From the human T2T-CHM13v2.0 reference genome, Homo sapiens, in assembly GCF_009914755.1 (NCBI RefSeq), contig NC_060936.1: 64,000 nt of DNA. One strand, given 5' to 3'. A model generated the notes under the pieces. It searched no databases. It saw nothing but the letters and a program-made list of their open reading frames with translations, and was not told the origin of the DNA. The translations under genes were made by a program, and so were the position numbers. Shown one piece after another: positions 1 to 12,216 of the stretch. Within the stretch, counting starts at the first letter, position 1. Each line of letters starts with the position of its first letter.

Positions 1-10
1 CAATGTTTTC

Positions 11-46
11 CTTTTTTTTTTTTTTTGAGACGGAGTCTCGAGGGAG
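11..46 (-). mobile_element. Extremely 5'-truncated Alu (last ~14 nt plus poly-A)
   Basis: T-run followed by gagacggagtctcg (Alu 3' end, reverse); caatgttttc repeated at 1-10 and 47-56 as TSD. Confidence 0.65.
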
Positions 47-89
47 CAATGTTTTCTACAGTTCCTTTTGAGAAAAGAGGAAATAGACT

Positions 90-639
90 GTGAAGAGGAT
101 CAGAACATGTCACCCCAAAATATACCACTTTGGCACTTTGGCATATTTATTATTTTGAGCTGAAAGCCATTGAGAAACAGCAGCAGGGAGGAGTCTCTGT
201 CTTTCCCCTTTCTACCTTAAGGCAAGGCATACATTTCCCATGAGAAAGGTGACCTCCTATAGGAGGAGGAGAACATTCTTATCACCAAAGGCAAGCCTTA
301 CTATGAATAAAATAGTTCCTATCATCCATTAGTTTCCCCATATATTTTCTAGTTACTTTCCCACACTTCCCCACCCTTAGCCCAAACCTCTTTTTCCTTT
401 GCTTTGTCATGTCTCCATTATTTATTGCTCTTTGTGAGAATGATATAGAAGACCCTGGGCCTAACGGCTTCCTTAGAATTTTCACTTCTTTCTATGAAGC
501 CCCCAGCACCACATAAAAATATTAACATCAAACAAAATCTGTATGCTTTTTCTCCTATTAATCTGCCTTTTGTCAGTCCAATTTACAGGTCACAGCAACA
601 GAACCTAAGAGAATAGAGTAAAAGTCTTTCCTCCCCCAC
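90..639 (+). mobile_element. Solo ERV1 LTR, MER34/MER39-group-like
   Basis: TG...CA ends; typical caccccaaaatat..tattttgagctgaa start and tgtatgcttttctcctattaatctgccttttgtcag U5; family from memory. Confidence 0.6.
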
Positions 640-739
640 AACTACAAATATAAAAGGTTTAGATGTGAGCTTCAAGTTATCTCAGGAAATTTTTTCAAAA
701 GGGACAAGTATTGACCCATATTTCTGTGCTCATAAAATT

Positions 740-1032
740 CTTTTTTTTTTTTTTTTTTTTTTTGAGATGGAGTCTCGCTCTGTCACCAGGCTGGAGTGCG
801 GTGACAACTGCAAGCTCTGCCTCCATGGGTTCACGCCATTCTCCTGCCTCAGCCTCCCAAGTAGCTGGGACTGCAGGCGTGTGCCACCACACCCAGCTAA
901 GTTTTGTATTTTTAGTAGAGACGGGGTTTCACCATGTTGGGCAGGATGGTCTCAATCTCCTAACCTTGTGATCCGCCCACCTCGGCCTCCCAAAGTGCTG
1001 GGATTACAGGTGTGAGCCACCGCGCACAGCCA
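740..1032 (-). mobile_element. Alu (S-type)
   Basis: Full dimer reverse, T-tail, TSD aaaattctt on both sides. Confidence 0.95.
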
Positions 1033-1059
1033 AAATTCTTACCTTACTAAAAATTCTTA

Positions 1060-1630
1060 GCTTGTGAAGAAAACTAAGACCAACTAGCTTAAGAAAAAAA
1101 TGTGTTGTCTCATATAATTGAAAAGCAAAGTTGGCTTTAGCCATAACTAGATCGGGGAGCTTAAAAACTGTCATTGGTACTTAATTTCTCCATCTTTCCA
1201 ACTCATGGTTCTATCTTTTTCTTTGTTGATTGTGCTTCCAGGCAGACTTTCCCCTTATGATATCAAGATGGCTCACCAGCAGCTCCAAACTCACATCTCT
1301 GCCAGCATGACAACTCTAGAGGAAAAAGTAATTTTATTTTTCAATTGTCCCTATAAAACTCCAGGATTGAGTCTCATTAAACCAACATGTAACTAAAGAT
1401 TAAACACTATACCATCATGGGATTAGCATGGTGACCAAGAGTATGGGGTACACTGAGTTGCTAAATCTAGTTATTTGCCATTCCTTGGAGCTAAGGGTGG
1501 GTCACCTCTACACTAACCACGTAGACTGAGGGTAAGAGGATAGTGGTTCCCCAAAGGAAAAAGAAAATGCTGCTATCAAAAGAAGAACAAGTAAATGCTG
1601 AATAGATAAAAACAACAGATGTTCACCACT
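1060..1630. mobile_element. Old MaLR LTR (MLT1-like) remnant
   Basis: Degenerate MLT1-like motifs (caagatggct..cagcagctcca, gtggttccccaaaggaaa). Confidence 0.4.
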
Positions 1631-1784
1631 TTCCCACATGCTGTGAGCTATGATCATGCAACTGCACTCCAGCCTGGGGGACAGAGTGAGACCCTAGTCA
1701 ATAAATAATAAATAAACTTATTATTTATTTATATATATATTTATATATTTATTTATTTATTTATTTATTTATATGGAGAGGCAA

Positions 1785-4205
1785 GTTTATGTGGAGAGGC
1801 AAAAGACCCAGAATAGCCAACATAATATTGAAGGAGAAGAACAAAGCCAACTGACACTACCCAACTTCTTAACATACTATAAAGCTACAATAATCAAGAC
1901 AATGTGGTATTGGCAAAAGAATAGACAAGTTGATCAATGGAACAGAGGAGAAAGCCCAGAAATAGACCTACTTAAATATAGTCAACTGATCTTTGACAGA
2001 AGAGCAAAGGCAACACATTGAAGAAAAGATAATCTTTTCAACAAGTGGTGCTGAAAAAAATTGGACCTTCACATTAAAAAAAAAAATGAAACTAGATGCG
2101 GACTTGGCACATTTCAAAAAAATTAACTCAAAATAGATCACAGGCCTAAAAGTAAAATGTAAAACTCCTAGAGGATAACAGGTGAATATCTAGATGATTT
2201 TGAGTTTGGCAATGACTTTTTAGATATGACACCAAAGGCCTGATTCATGAAAGAAGGATTGATAAACTGGAGGTCATTAAAATTAAAATTTTATTTCCCA
2301 CACTATTATCCCCCATACTCAGAGATTATATACCATAGTGACAGGGGGCACATATGTTTGAGACAGGATGGGTAGGCATTTGCTCTAAGGTCAGGACATG
2401 CAGTCAACCTAGGTGCTCATCAACAGTGGATTGGATAAAGAAAATGTGATACATATGCACCATGGAATACTACGCAGCCATAAAAAATGAAATCATGTTC
2501 TTTGCAGCAACATGGATGCAGTTGGAGGCCATTATCCTCAGATAATTAACACAGAAACAGAGAACCAAATATCACATGTTTTCACTTATAAGTGGGAGCT
2601 AAACACTGGGTACGCATGGACACAAAGGTGGGAATGAAAGACACTGGGGATTCCAAAAGTGGGGAAGAATTGAAAAACTACCTATTGGGTACTATATTCA
2701 CTACTTGGGTGATGGGATCAATAGAAGTTCAAACCTCAGCATCATGCAATATACCCATGTAACAAACCTGCACATATAATCCTTAAATTTCAAATAAATA
2801 AAATAAATCAATAATAATTTAATAATTATTAATAATAAATAAAATAAAATCCTTAAATTTCAAATAAATAAAAGAGTCTATTTAAACATTAAAAGAATAA
2901 GACACAGACTGGTAGAAAATATTCACTATACAGCAGGGCACGGTGGCTCACACCTGTAATCCCAGCACTTTGGGAGGCTGAGGCGAGTGAATTACTTGAG
3001 GCCAGGAGTTTAAGATCAGCCTGGCCAATATGGCAAGGCAAAACCCTGTCTCTGCCCAAAATACAAAAATTAGCCAGGCATAGTGGCATGCCTGTAATTC
3101 CATCTACTCAAGTGGCTGAGTCACGAGAGTCATTTGAACCCTGGAGGCAGAGGTTGCAGTGAGCTGAGATCAAACCACTGCACTCTGCCTGGGTGACAGA
3201 GTGAGACTGCGTCAAAAAAAAATAATAAAAGAAAAGAAAGAAAGAAAAGAAAGATGACAAGGAAGGAAGGAAGGATGGAAGGAAGGGCGGAAGGAAGGAA
3301 ACATTCACTATACCTAGACCAGACAAAAGACTTGTATCCAAAATATATAGAGAATTCTTACAACTAAAAAACACCGAGAAAAAAAAAAATTAATGGGCAA
3401 AAGTTGTAAATAGATACTTCAAAAAAATATATATTAACAACCAATGCACACACAAAAAGATCAAGATCTTCAACATCAGTCATCAGGGAAGTATAAACTG
3501 AAACCACAGTGAAATGCTACCCAATGCCTATTAGAATGGCTAAAATTAGAAATACTGATAATACAGCATGTTGACAAGAAAACAAAGCAACTGGAACACT
3601 CATATACTGTAATTTAAAATAGCAAACCACATTGGACAATTGGCAGTTTTTTATACTGTTAAACACATACTAACCATACAATCCAGTAATCCCACTTCTA
3701 GGTATTTACCCAAAGGAAATGAAAACATGTCCACACAAAGGATTGTATATGAATATGCATAGCAACTTTATCAGTAAAAGCCCACAACTAGAAAAGACCC
3801 AAATGCCTTATCGACTAGATAAACAAATTATTCTAAATCCATGCAATGGAATATTATTCAGCAATAAAAAGAAATAAGCTATGCAACAACACAGATGAAT
3901 TTTAAAAACATATTGAGTAAAATAAACCAGACAAAAGATTACACACTATGTGCTTTCATAAATATAAAATTCTAAGGCAGGCAAAACTAATCTATAGTGA
4001 CAGAAAGCAGACCAGCAGTTGCCTAAGGTCAGGGGTGAAGTATATCGAATGAGAAGGGACACAGGGTGATAGAAATATTCTGTATCTTATGTTACTGGTT
4101 ACATAGGCATATTCATTTGTCAAAATGCTTTGAAGTGTATGCATATAGTTGTTGCATTTTAGCATATGTAAATTATTCCTCAGTAAAGTTTATTTTTAAT
4201 TTTTT
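1785..4205 (+). mobile_element. Old L1 ORF2 3' part/3'UTR, interrupted by a second L1 3' end (about 2400-2870) and an Alu
   Basis: ORF 1773-2021 encodes L1 ORF2-like [26 protein letters not shown]; L1 3'UTR motifs. Confidence 0.8.
2932..3300 (+). mobile_element. Alu with A/GAAA/GGAA tail
   Basis: Alu dimer sequence. Confidence 0.9.
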
Positions 4206-4404
4206 GGAAAATATTACCTTCAAAAAAATGAATTGTAACAGAATTGTGATTAAAGGCAGTATTATAAAAAACAATGAGTGAGTACTACGGATGTCTTATA
4301 CTAAATTATGAAGTAGGTTAAACTTTTAAAATGCTCTTTAACATTTTCTATAATAGGTTCTTCTTTCTCCCAACCTCCAAAGGAAAGGAAGGAAATTGAT
4401 ATGC

Positions 4405-4588
4405 CAAAAACCATACAAAAGATAAATCCAGGAGTTGGTTATTTGAAAGATGTAATAAGATAAATAAAACGCTACCTAGACTAATAAAGAAAAAAAGAGA
4501 GATGGTTCAAATAAGCACAATCAGAAATGACAAAAGGGATGTTACCACTCACAACACAGAAATACAAAAAACCATCAGCAACTACTAC
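4405..4588 (+). mobile_element. L1 ORF2 fragment hosting HERV-H (continues 9595-9750)
   Basis: aaataagcacaatcagaaatgacaaa..accatcagcaactactac joins aaacacctctgtgcaaacaagctagaaaacc across the provirus. Confidence 0.85.
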
Positions 4589-5028
4589 TGTCAGGCCTCT
4601 GAGCCCAGGCCAGGCCATCGCATCCCCTGTGACTTGCACGTATACATCCAGATGGACTGAAGTAACTGAAGATCCACAAAAGAAGTAAAAACAGCCTTAA
4701 ATGATGACACTCCACCATTGTGATTTGTTCCTGCCCCACCCTAACTGATCAATGTACTTTGTAATCTCCCCCACCCTTAAGAAGGTTCTTTGCAATTCTC
4801 CCCACCCTTGAGAATGTACTTTGTGAGATCCACCCCTGCCCACTAGAGAACAACCCCCTTTGACTGTAATTTTCCATTACCTTCCCAAATCCTATAAAAT
4901 GGCCCCACCCCTATCTCCCTTCCTGACTCTCTTTTCGGACTCAGCCCGCCTGCACCCAGGTGAAATAAACAGCCATGTTGCACACACAAAGCCTGTTTGG
5001 TGGTCTCTTCACACGGACGCGTATGAAA
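4589..5028 (+). promoter_or_regulatory. 5' LTR7 (440 bp): TATA 4893-4899, AATAAA 4964-4969, SOX-like acaaaaga 4676-4683
   Basis: Starts tgtcaggcctctgagccc, ends tatgaaa; motifs seen directly. Confidence 0.93.
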
Positions 5029-5030
5029 TT

Positions 5031-5048
5031 TGGTGCCATGACTCGGAT
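5031..5048 (+). other. Primer binding site, tRNA-His
   Basis: tggtgccatgactcggat, 1 mismatch to TGGTGCCGTGACTCGGAT. Confidence 0.92.
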
Positions 5049-5171
5049 CGGGGGACCTCCCTTGGGAGATCAATCCCCTGTCCTCCAGCTCTTTGCTCCG
5101 TGAGAAAGATCCACCTACGACCTCAGGTCCTCAGACCGACCAGCCCAAGAAACATCTCACCAATTTCAAAT

Positions 5172-5180
5172 CCGGTAAGT
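5172..5180 (+). promoter_or_regulatory. HERV-H major splice donor
   Basis: ccg|gtaagt with GT at 5175, at the usual position ~150 nt past the LTR. Confidence 0.8.
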
Positions 5181-5476
5181 GGCCTCTTTTTATTCTCTTC
5201 TCCAACCTCCCTCACTATCCCTTAACCTCTTTCTCCTTTCAATCTTGGCGCCACACTTCAATCTCTCACTTCTCTTAATTTCAATTCCTTTCATTTTCTG
5301 GTAGAGACAAAAGAGACATGTTTTATCCGTGAACCCAAAACTCCAGCGCCGGTCACGGACTGGGAAGGCAGCCTTCCCTTGGTGTTTAATCATTGCAGGG
5401 ACGCCTCTCTGATTATACACTCACGTTTCAAGGGTGTCAGACCACGCAGGGACGCCTGCCTTGGTCCTTCAGCCTT

Positions 5477-5762
5477 AGCGACAAGTCCCGCTTTCCTGGG
5501 GCAGGGGCAAGTACCCCTCAACCCCTTCTCCTTCACCCTCAGCGGCAAGTCCCGCTTTCCTGGGGCAGGGGCAAGTACCCCTCAACCCCTTCTCCTTCAC
5601 CCTCAGCGGCAAGTCCCGCTTTCCTGGGGCAGGGGCAAGTACCCCTCAACCCTTTCTCCTTCACCCTCAGCGGCAAGTCCCGCTTTCCTGGGGCAGGGGC
5701 ATGTACCCCTCAACCCCTTCTCCTTCACCCTCAGCGGCAAGTCCCGCTTTCCTAGGGGGCAA
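5477..5762 (+). repeat. 64-bp tandem repeat, ~4.5 copies, in HERV-H leader
   Basis: Unit starts at 5477, 5541, 5605, 5669, 5733; near-identical units. Confidence 0.95.
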
Positions 5763-5966
5763 GAAATCCCCAATCACTTATTTCCACACCCCAACCTCTT
5801 ATCTCTGAGCCCCAATCCCTTATTTCCGCACCCTGACCTCTTATCTCTGTGCTGCAATCCCTTATTTCCGTGCCCCAACCCCTTCTCTGCTTTTCTGGAG
5901 GGCAAGAACCCCCCCGCCCCCATTCTCCGTATCTCTACTCTTTTTTCTGGGCTTGCCTCCTTCACT

Positions 5967-7180
5967 ATGGGTAAGCTTCCACCTTCCATTCCTCCTTCTT
6001 CTCCCTTAGCCTGTGTTCTCAAAAACTTAAAACCTCTTCAACTCACACCTGACCTAAAACCTAAATGCCTTATTTTCTTCTGCAATGCCGCTTGACTCCA
6101 ATACAAGCTCGACAGTAGTTCCAAATAGCCAGAAAATGGCACTTTCAATTTTTCCATCCTGCAAGATCTAAATAATTCTTGTCGTAAAATGGGCAAATGG
6201 TCTGAGGTGCCTGAAGTCCAGGCATTCCTTTACACATCAGTCCCTTCCTAGTCTCCGTGCCCAGTGCAACTCATCCCAAATCTTCTTTCTTTCCCTCCCG
6301 CCTGTCCCCTCAGTCCCAACCCCAAGCGTCGCTGAGTCTTTCTCATCTTCCTTTTCTACAGACCCATCTGACCTCTCCCATCCTCGCCAGCCCAAGCTAG
6401 GTCCCAATTCTTCCTCAGCCTCCGCTCCTGCACCCTGTAATCTTTTTATCGCCTCCCCTTCTCACACCTGGTCAGGCTTACAGTTTCATTCCGTGACTAG
6501 CCCTCCCCCACCTGCCCAGCAATTTACTCTTAAAAAGGTGGCTGGAGCCAAAGGCATAGTCAAGGTTAATGCTCCTTTTTCTTTATCCCAAATCAGAAGC
6601 GTTTAGGCTCTTTTTCATCAAATATAAAAACCCGGCCCAGTTCATGGCTTGTTCGGCAGCAACCCTGAGACGCTTTACAGCCCTAGACCCTAAAAGGTCA
6701 AAAGGCCATCTTATCCTCAATATACATTTTATTACCCAATCTGCTCCCAACATTAAATAAAACTCCAAAAAATTAAATTCCGGCCCTCAAACCCCACAAC
6801 AGCATTTAATTAACCTCGCCTTCAAGGTGTACAATAATAGAAAAAAGTTGCAATTCCTTGCCTCCACTGTGAGACAAACCCCAGCCACATCTCCAGCACA
6901 CAAGAACTTCCAAATGCCCGAACCGCAGCGGCCAGGCGTTCCTCCAGAACCTCCTCCCCCAGGAGCTTGCTACGCGTGCCGGAAATCTGGCCACTGGGCC
7001 AAGGAATGCCCGCAGCCCGGGATTCCTCCTAAGCCGCGTCCCATCTGTGTGGGACCCCACTGAAAATCAGACTGTTCAACTCACCTGGCAGCCACTCCCA
7101 GAGCCCCTGGAACTCTGGCCCAAGGCTCTCTGACTGACTCCTTCCCAGATCTTCTCGGCTTAGCGGCTGAAGACTGACAC
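5967..7180 (+). pseudogene. gag: HERV-H gag, disrupted
   Basis: MGKLPPSIPPSSPLACVLKNL matrix start, stop at 6093-6095; zinc knuckle CYACRKSGHWAKEC plus broken second knuckle. Confidence 0.88.
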
Positions 7181-8680
7181 TGCCCGATCGCCTCGGAAGC
7201 CCCCTGGACCATCACGGACGCCGAGCTTCGGGTAACTCTCACAGTGGAAGGTAAGCCCGTCCCCTTCTTAATCAATACGGAGGCTACCCGCTCCACATTA
7301 CCTTCTTTTCAAGGGCCTGTTTCCCTTGCCTCCATAACTGTTGTGGGTATTGACAGCCAGGCTTCTAAACCTCTTAAAACTCCCCAACTCTGGTGCCAAC
7401 TTAGACAATACTCTTTTAAGCACTCCTTTTTAGTTATCCCCACCTGCCCAGTTCCCTTATTAGGCCGAGACACTTTAACTAAATTATCTGCTTCCCTGAC
7501 TATTCCTGGGCTACAGCCACACCTCATTGCTGCCTTTTCCCCCAGTTCAAAGACTCCTTCACATCCTCCCCTTGTATCTCCCCACCTTAGCTCACAAGTA
7601 TAAGATACCTCTACTCCCTCCTTGGCGACTGATCATGCACCCCTTACCATCTCACTAAAACCTAATCACCCTTACCCTGCTCAATGCCAATATCCCATCC
7701 CGCAGCACGCTTTAAAAAGATTAAAGCCTGTTATCACTCACCTGCTACAGCATGGCCTTTTAAAGCCTATAAACTCTCCTTACAATTCCCCCATTTTACC
7801 TGTCCTAAAACCAGACAAGCCTTACAAGTTAGTTCAGGATCTGCTCCTTATCAACCAAATTGTTTTGCCTATCCACCCCATGGTGCCAAACCCATATACT
7901 CTCCTATCCTCAATACCTCCCTCTACTACCCATTATTCTGTTCTGGATCTCAAACATGCTTTATTTACTATTCCTTTGCACCCTTCATCCCAGCCTCTCT
8001 TGCCTTCACTTAGACTGACCCTGACACCCATTAGGCTCAGCAAATTACCTGGGCTGTACTGCCGCAAGTCTTCACAGACAGCCCCTATTATTTCAGTCAA
8101 GCCCCAATTTCATCCTCATCTGTTACCTATCTCGGCATAATTCTCATAAAAACACACTTGCTCTCCCTGCTGATCGTGTCTGATTAATCTCCCAAACCTC
8201 AATCCCTTACAAAATAACAACTCCTTTCCTTCCTAGGCATGGTTAGCGCGGTCAGAATTCTTACACAAGAGCCAGGACCACACCGTGTAACCTTTCTGTC
8301 CAAACAACTTGACCTTACTGTTTTAGCCTAGCCCTCACGTCTGCGTGCAGCGGCTGCCACTGCTTTAATACTGTTAGAGGCCCTAAAAATCACAAACTAT
8401 GCTCAACTCACTCTCTACAGCTCTCATAATTTCCAAAATCTATTTTCTTCCTCACACCTGACGCATATACTTTCTGCTCCCCGGCTCCTTCAGCTGTACT
8501 CACTCTTTGTTGAGTCTCCCGCAATTACCATTGTTCCTGGCCCGGACTTCAATCCGGCCTCCCACATTATTCCGGATACCACACCTGACCCTCATGACTG
8601 TATCTCTCTGATCCACCTGATATTCACCCCATTTCCCCATATTTCCTGCTTTCCTGTTCCTCACCCTGATCACGCTTGCC
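7181..8680 (+). pseudogene. pol: HERV-H pro and partial pol (RT), defective
   Basis: Protease site reads NTEA rather than DTGA; RT motifs SPYNSPILPV, YKLVQDL, YSVLDLK; stops, frameshifts, deletions. Confidence 0.88.
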
Positions 8681-9123
8681 TCGTGCTATCCCCAAACTGC
8701 CATTCTTAACTCTTGAAGTAAATAAATAATCTTTGCTGGCAGGGCTATGCTGAATCTCCTTAGGCACTCTCTAATCAGATGTCCTGAGTCGTCTCAATTC
8801 TTAGACCTTTTATACCTGTTTTTCTCCTTCTCTTATTCCATTTAGTTTTTCAATTCATACAAAACCATATCCAGGCCATCACCAATAATTCTACACAACA
8901 AATGTTTCTTCTAACAACCCCACAATATCACCCCTTACCACAAGACCTCCCTTCAGCTTAATCTCTCCCACTCTAGGTTCCCACGCCGCCCCTAATCCCG
9001 CTTGAAGCAGCCCTGAGAAACATCGCCCATTCTCTCTCCTTACCACCCCCCAAAAATTTTCGCCGCTCCAACACTTCAACACTATTTTGTTTTATTTGTC
9101 TTATTAATATAAGAAGGCAGGAA

Positions 9124-9594
9124 TGTGAGGCCTCTGAGCCCAGGCCAGGCCATCGCATCCCCTGTGACTTGCACGTATACATCCAGATGGACTGAAGTAA
9201 CTGAAGATCCACAAAAGAAGTAAAAACAGCCTTAAATGATGACACTCCACCATTGTGATTTGTTCCTGCCCCACCCTAACTGATCAATGTACTTTGTAAT
9301 CTCCCCCACCCTTAAGAAGGTACTTTGTAGTCTCCCCCACCCTTAAGAAGGTTCTTTGCAATTCTCCCCACCCTTGAGAATGTACTTTGTGAGATCCACC
9401 CCTGCCCACCAGAGAACAACCCCCTTTGACTGTAATTTTCCATTACCTTCCCAAATCCTATAAAATGGCCCCACCCCTATCTCCCTTCCTAACTCTCTTT
9501 TCGGACTCAGCCCACCTGCACCCAGGTGAAATAAACAGCCATGTTGCTCACACAAAGCCTGTTTGGTGGTCTCTTCACAGGGACGCGCATGAAA
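9124..9594 (+). mobile_element. 3' LTR7 (471 bp)
   Basis: Matches 5' LTR except ~7 substitutions and an extra 31-bp U3 unit (9321-9351); AATAAA 9530-9535. Confidence 0.95.
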
Positions 9595-9949
9595 ACTACA
9601 AACACCTCTGTGCAAACAAGCTAGAAAACCTTGAAGAAATGGACAAATTCATGGAAATATTCAGCATCCCAAGATTGAACCAGGTAGAAGTTGAATCCCT
9701 GAACAAACCAATAATAAGTTCCAAAATTGAATTCATAATGAAAAGCCTACACTTACTATTTTTTATTATTTTTATTCAATGATGGTGCTGAAACAATTAC
9801 CTATACATACAGGGGGAAAAAGGAACTTTGACCCTGACCTTATCTACACAAGAATGAACTTGAAATACATGAACAATGTGTAAAGGTGAAACTATTAAAA
9901 TTCTAAAAGAAAACAAAATATTTATGAGCTGAAAGTACATAAACATTTC

Positions 9950-10962
9950 TGTTTCACAGTGGGCAGGCCTATGCAAACCTATCCCAAAGTAAAAGGAAGC
10001 TGAGAGGCCAAAGAAAGAGACTGATGAATGCAGTTTCTCAGAAAGAAACGTTTAATAGGAACTTATGAACAGAATCCATGTTTGTTTCTCAGGCAGTGGC
10101 AAGACAAGATGGTGGATTCCTACACTATAGTTACAGTTTCGCCAATGTACCACAATGTAGCAATCTCTCATTGTCTGAGGTAGTACCCAGAGTCCTTTGT
10201 CTCATGACCAAGAAAGTTAAGGAATGCAGGTACCAAGGGTGAGGTTGGAGCAAAAGTTTAGTAAGTGAAAGAAGAAAGCTCTCTGCTGTGGACAGGGTAC
10301 CTGGAAAAGTGTTGCCATTTTTGCAGTTGAATGTAAAGGCTTTTATAAGAAACCAATGAGGGCCGGGCATCTTATTTGCATAAGGGGTGGATTTCTGGTA
10401 TTTCCACCCCATCCTCCTAACGAGCATGTGGGCCCTTAGCTTGAGTTACTCCATGTTGCTTTGTTCCCTTTACTGTGCATGTGCCAGGGGACAGAATTTT
10501 TCATTGCAGGCATGACTGGGCAAGTCCCCTGTATAGCCTTTCTTATCTGTGTGGCTGTGGGCATGTCTTAGGCAAGCCCCCCTGTGCAAGTTCCCTTATC
10601 TGTGCCTGCAGGCTGTTTTTTTGTCTGCAAGAATTCAATCAAGGACCCACCGTAACTGTCTGCCTGACCAGTTTCTTCCTTTCTCCTCTCTCACTATTGT
10701 CCCCCACACTCAGGAATTATATACCATAATGAAGGGGCACAGGTGCTTGGGTAGGAATTTCCCCCGGGGCAGGATTTATGGTAAGTACAAGTTTGTCAAG
10801 ATTGATTTGCTCTACAAGCAGGATTTACATACAGTAAATGCATGATCTTAAACAAGGAACAATAGATAAACTAGAAATCTCAGAGGCATTCCTGGAACAA
10901 GGGTTGGTCAGAAGTCAACATGGCGGATTAGCTTTCAAGATGGTGTTGCTTTGGCCTCTGCA
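9950..10962 (-). mobile_element. ERV1-type solo LTR split by a second LTR
   Basis: LTR-like sequence 9950-10128 continues at 10694-10962 across TSD ctat. Confidence 0.6.
10129..10693 (-). mobile_element. Solo LTR, MER50-like
   Basis: Reverse strand begins tgagagaggagaaaggaagaaactggtcaggc; 4-bp TSD ctat (10125-10128, 10694-10697). Confidence 0.65.
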
Positions 10963-11296
10963 ATTTCATAAACAGTAGAAAAATAACACTAATTATCAAA
11001 GAAAAAAATTCATAAATTAAACTTCATCAATATTAAAACCTTTTGCTCTTTAAAAGATTCCATTAAAAAATTAGACAACTGGAACAGAATAGAGAACCCT
11101 AAAATAAAGACACATACAACCAACTGATTTTCAACAAAGCCAATAAAAATAAACAATGAGAAAAGGATATTCAATAAATTGTGCTGGGAAAATTGGCTAA
11201 CCATATGCAAATGAATGAAACTGGACCCCTACCTCTCACTATATACAACAATTAACTCAAGATGGATTAAATACTTAAATGTAAGACCTCAAACTA

Positions 11297-11464
<168 letters not shown>

Positions 11465-11862
11465 TTACTCAGTAAATGGTGCTGGGACAACTGGACAGTT
11501 ACATGCAGAAGATTGAAACTGGACCCCTTACTTACACCATATACAAAAATCAACTCAAGATGGATTAAAGACTTAAATGTAAAACCTAAAACTACGAAAA
11601 CTCTGGAAGATAGGAAATACCATTCCAGACATAGGACCTAGTAAAGATTCCATGATGAAGACTCCAAAAGCAATTGCAAAAAAACCAAAAATTGATAAAT
11701 GGGACCTAATTAAACTAAAGAACATCTGCACAGCAAAAGAAACTATCAGCAGAGTAAACAGGCAGCCTACAGAGTGGGAGAAAATATTTGCATCCTACAA
11801 AGATCTAATATCCAGAATTTATAAGGAAATTAAGCAAATCAATAAGCAAAAAAACACAAACA

Positions 11863-12216
<354 letters not shown>

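Larger units (their letters stand above)
4589..9594 (+). mobile_element. HERV-H provirus, internally deleted (defective gag-pro-RT, no integrase, env remnant)
   Basis: Two LTR7s, 5-bp TSD actac (4584-4588, 9595-9599), His PBS, PPT aagaaggcaggaa (9111-9123), gag/pro/pol homology. Confidence 0.97.

Noticed and set aside
665-1015. 116-aa ORF and similar Alu-overlapping ORFs across the window
   Set aside because: Typical Alu translations ([21 protein letters not shown]); no gene structure
4860-5225. Calling this locus the ESRG gene
   Set aside because: Many HERV-H copies share this leader frame; here it has an internal stop and the locus cannot be identified from sequence alone
5477-5762. Regular array as possible CRISPR
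   Set aside because: Units are contiguous with no unique spacers, no cas genes, primate ERV context
7244-8140. Active HERV-H protease/RT
   Set aside because: Catalytic Asp lost (NTEA); RT frameshifted and no YxDD seen
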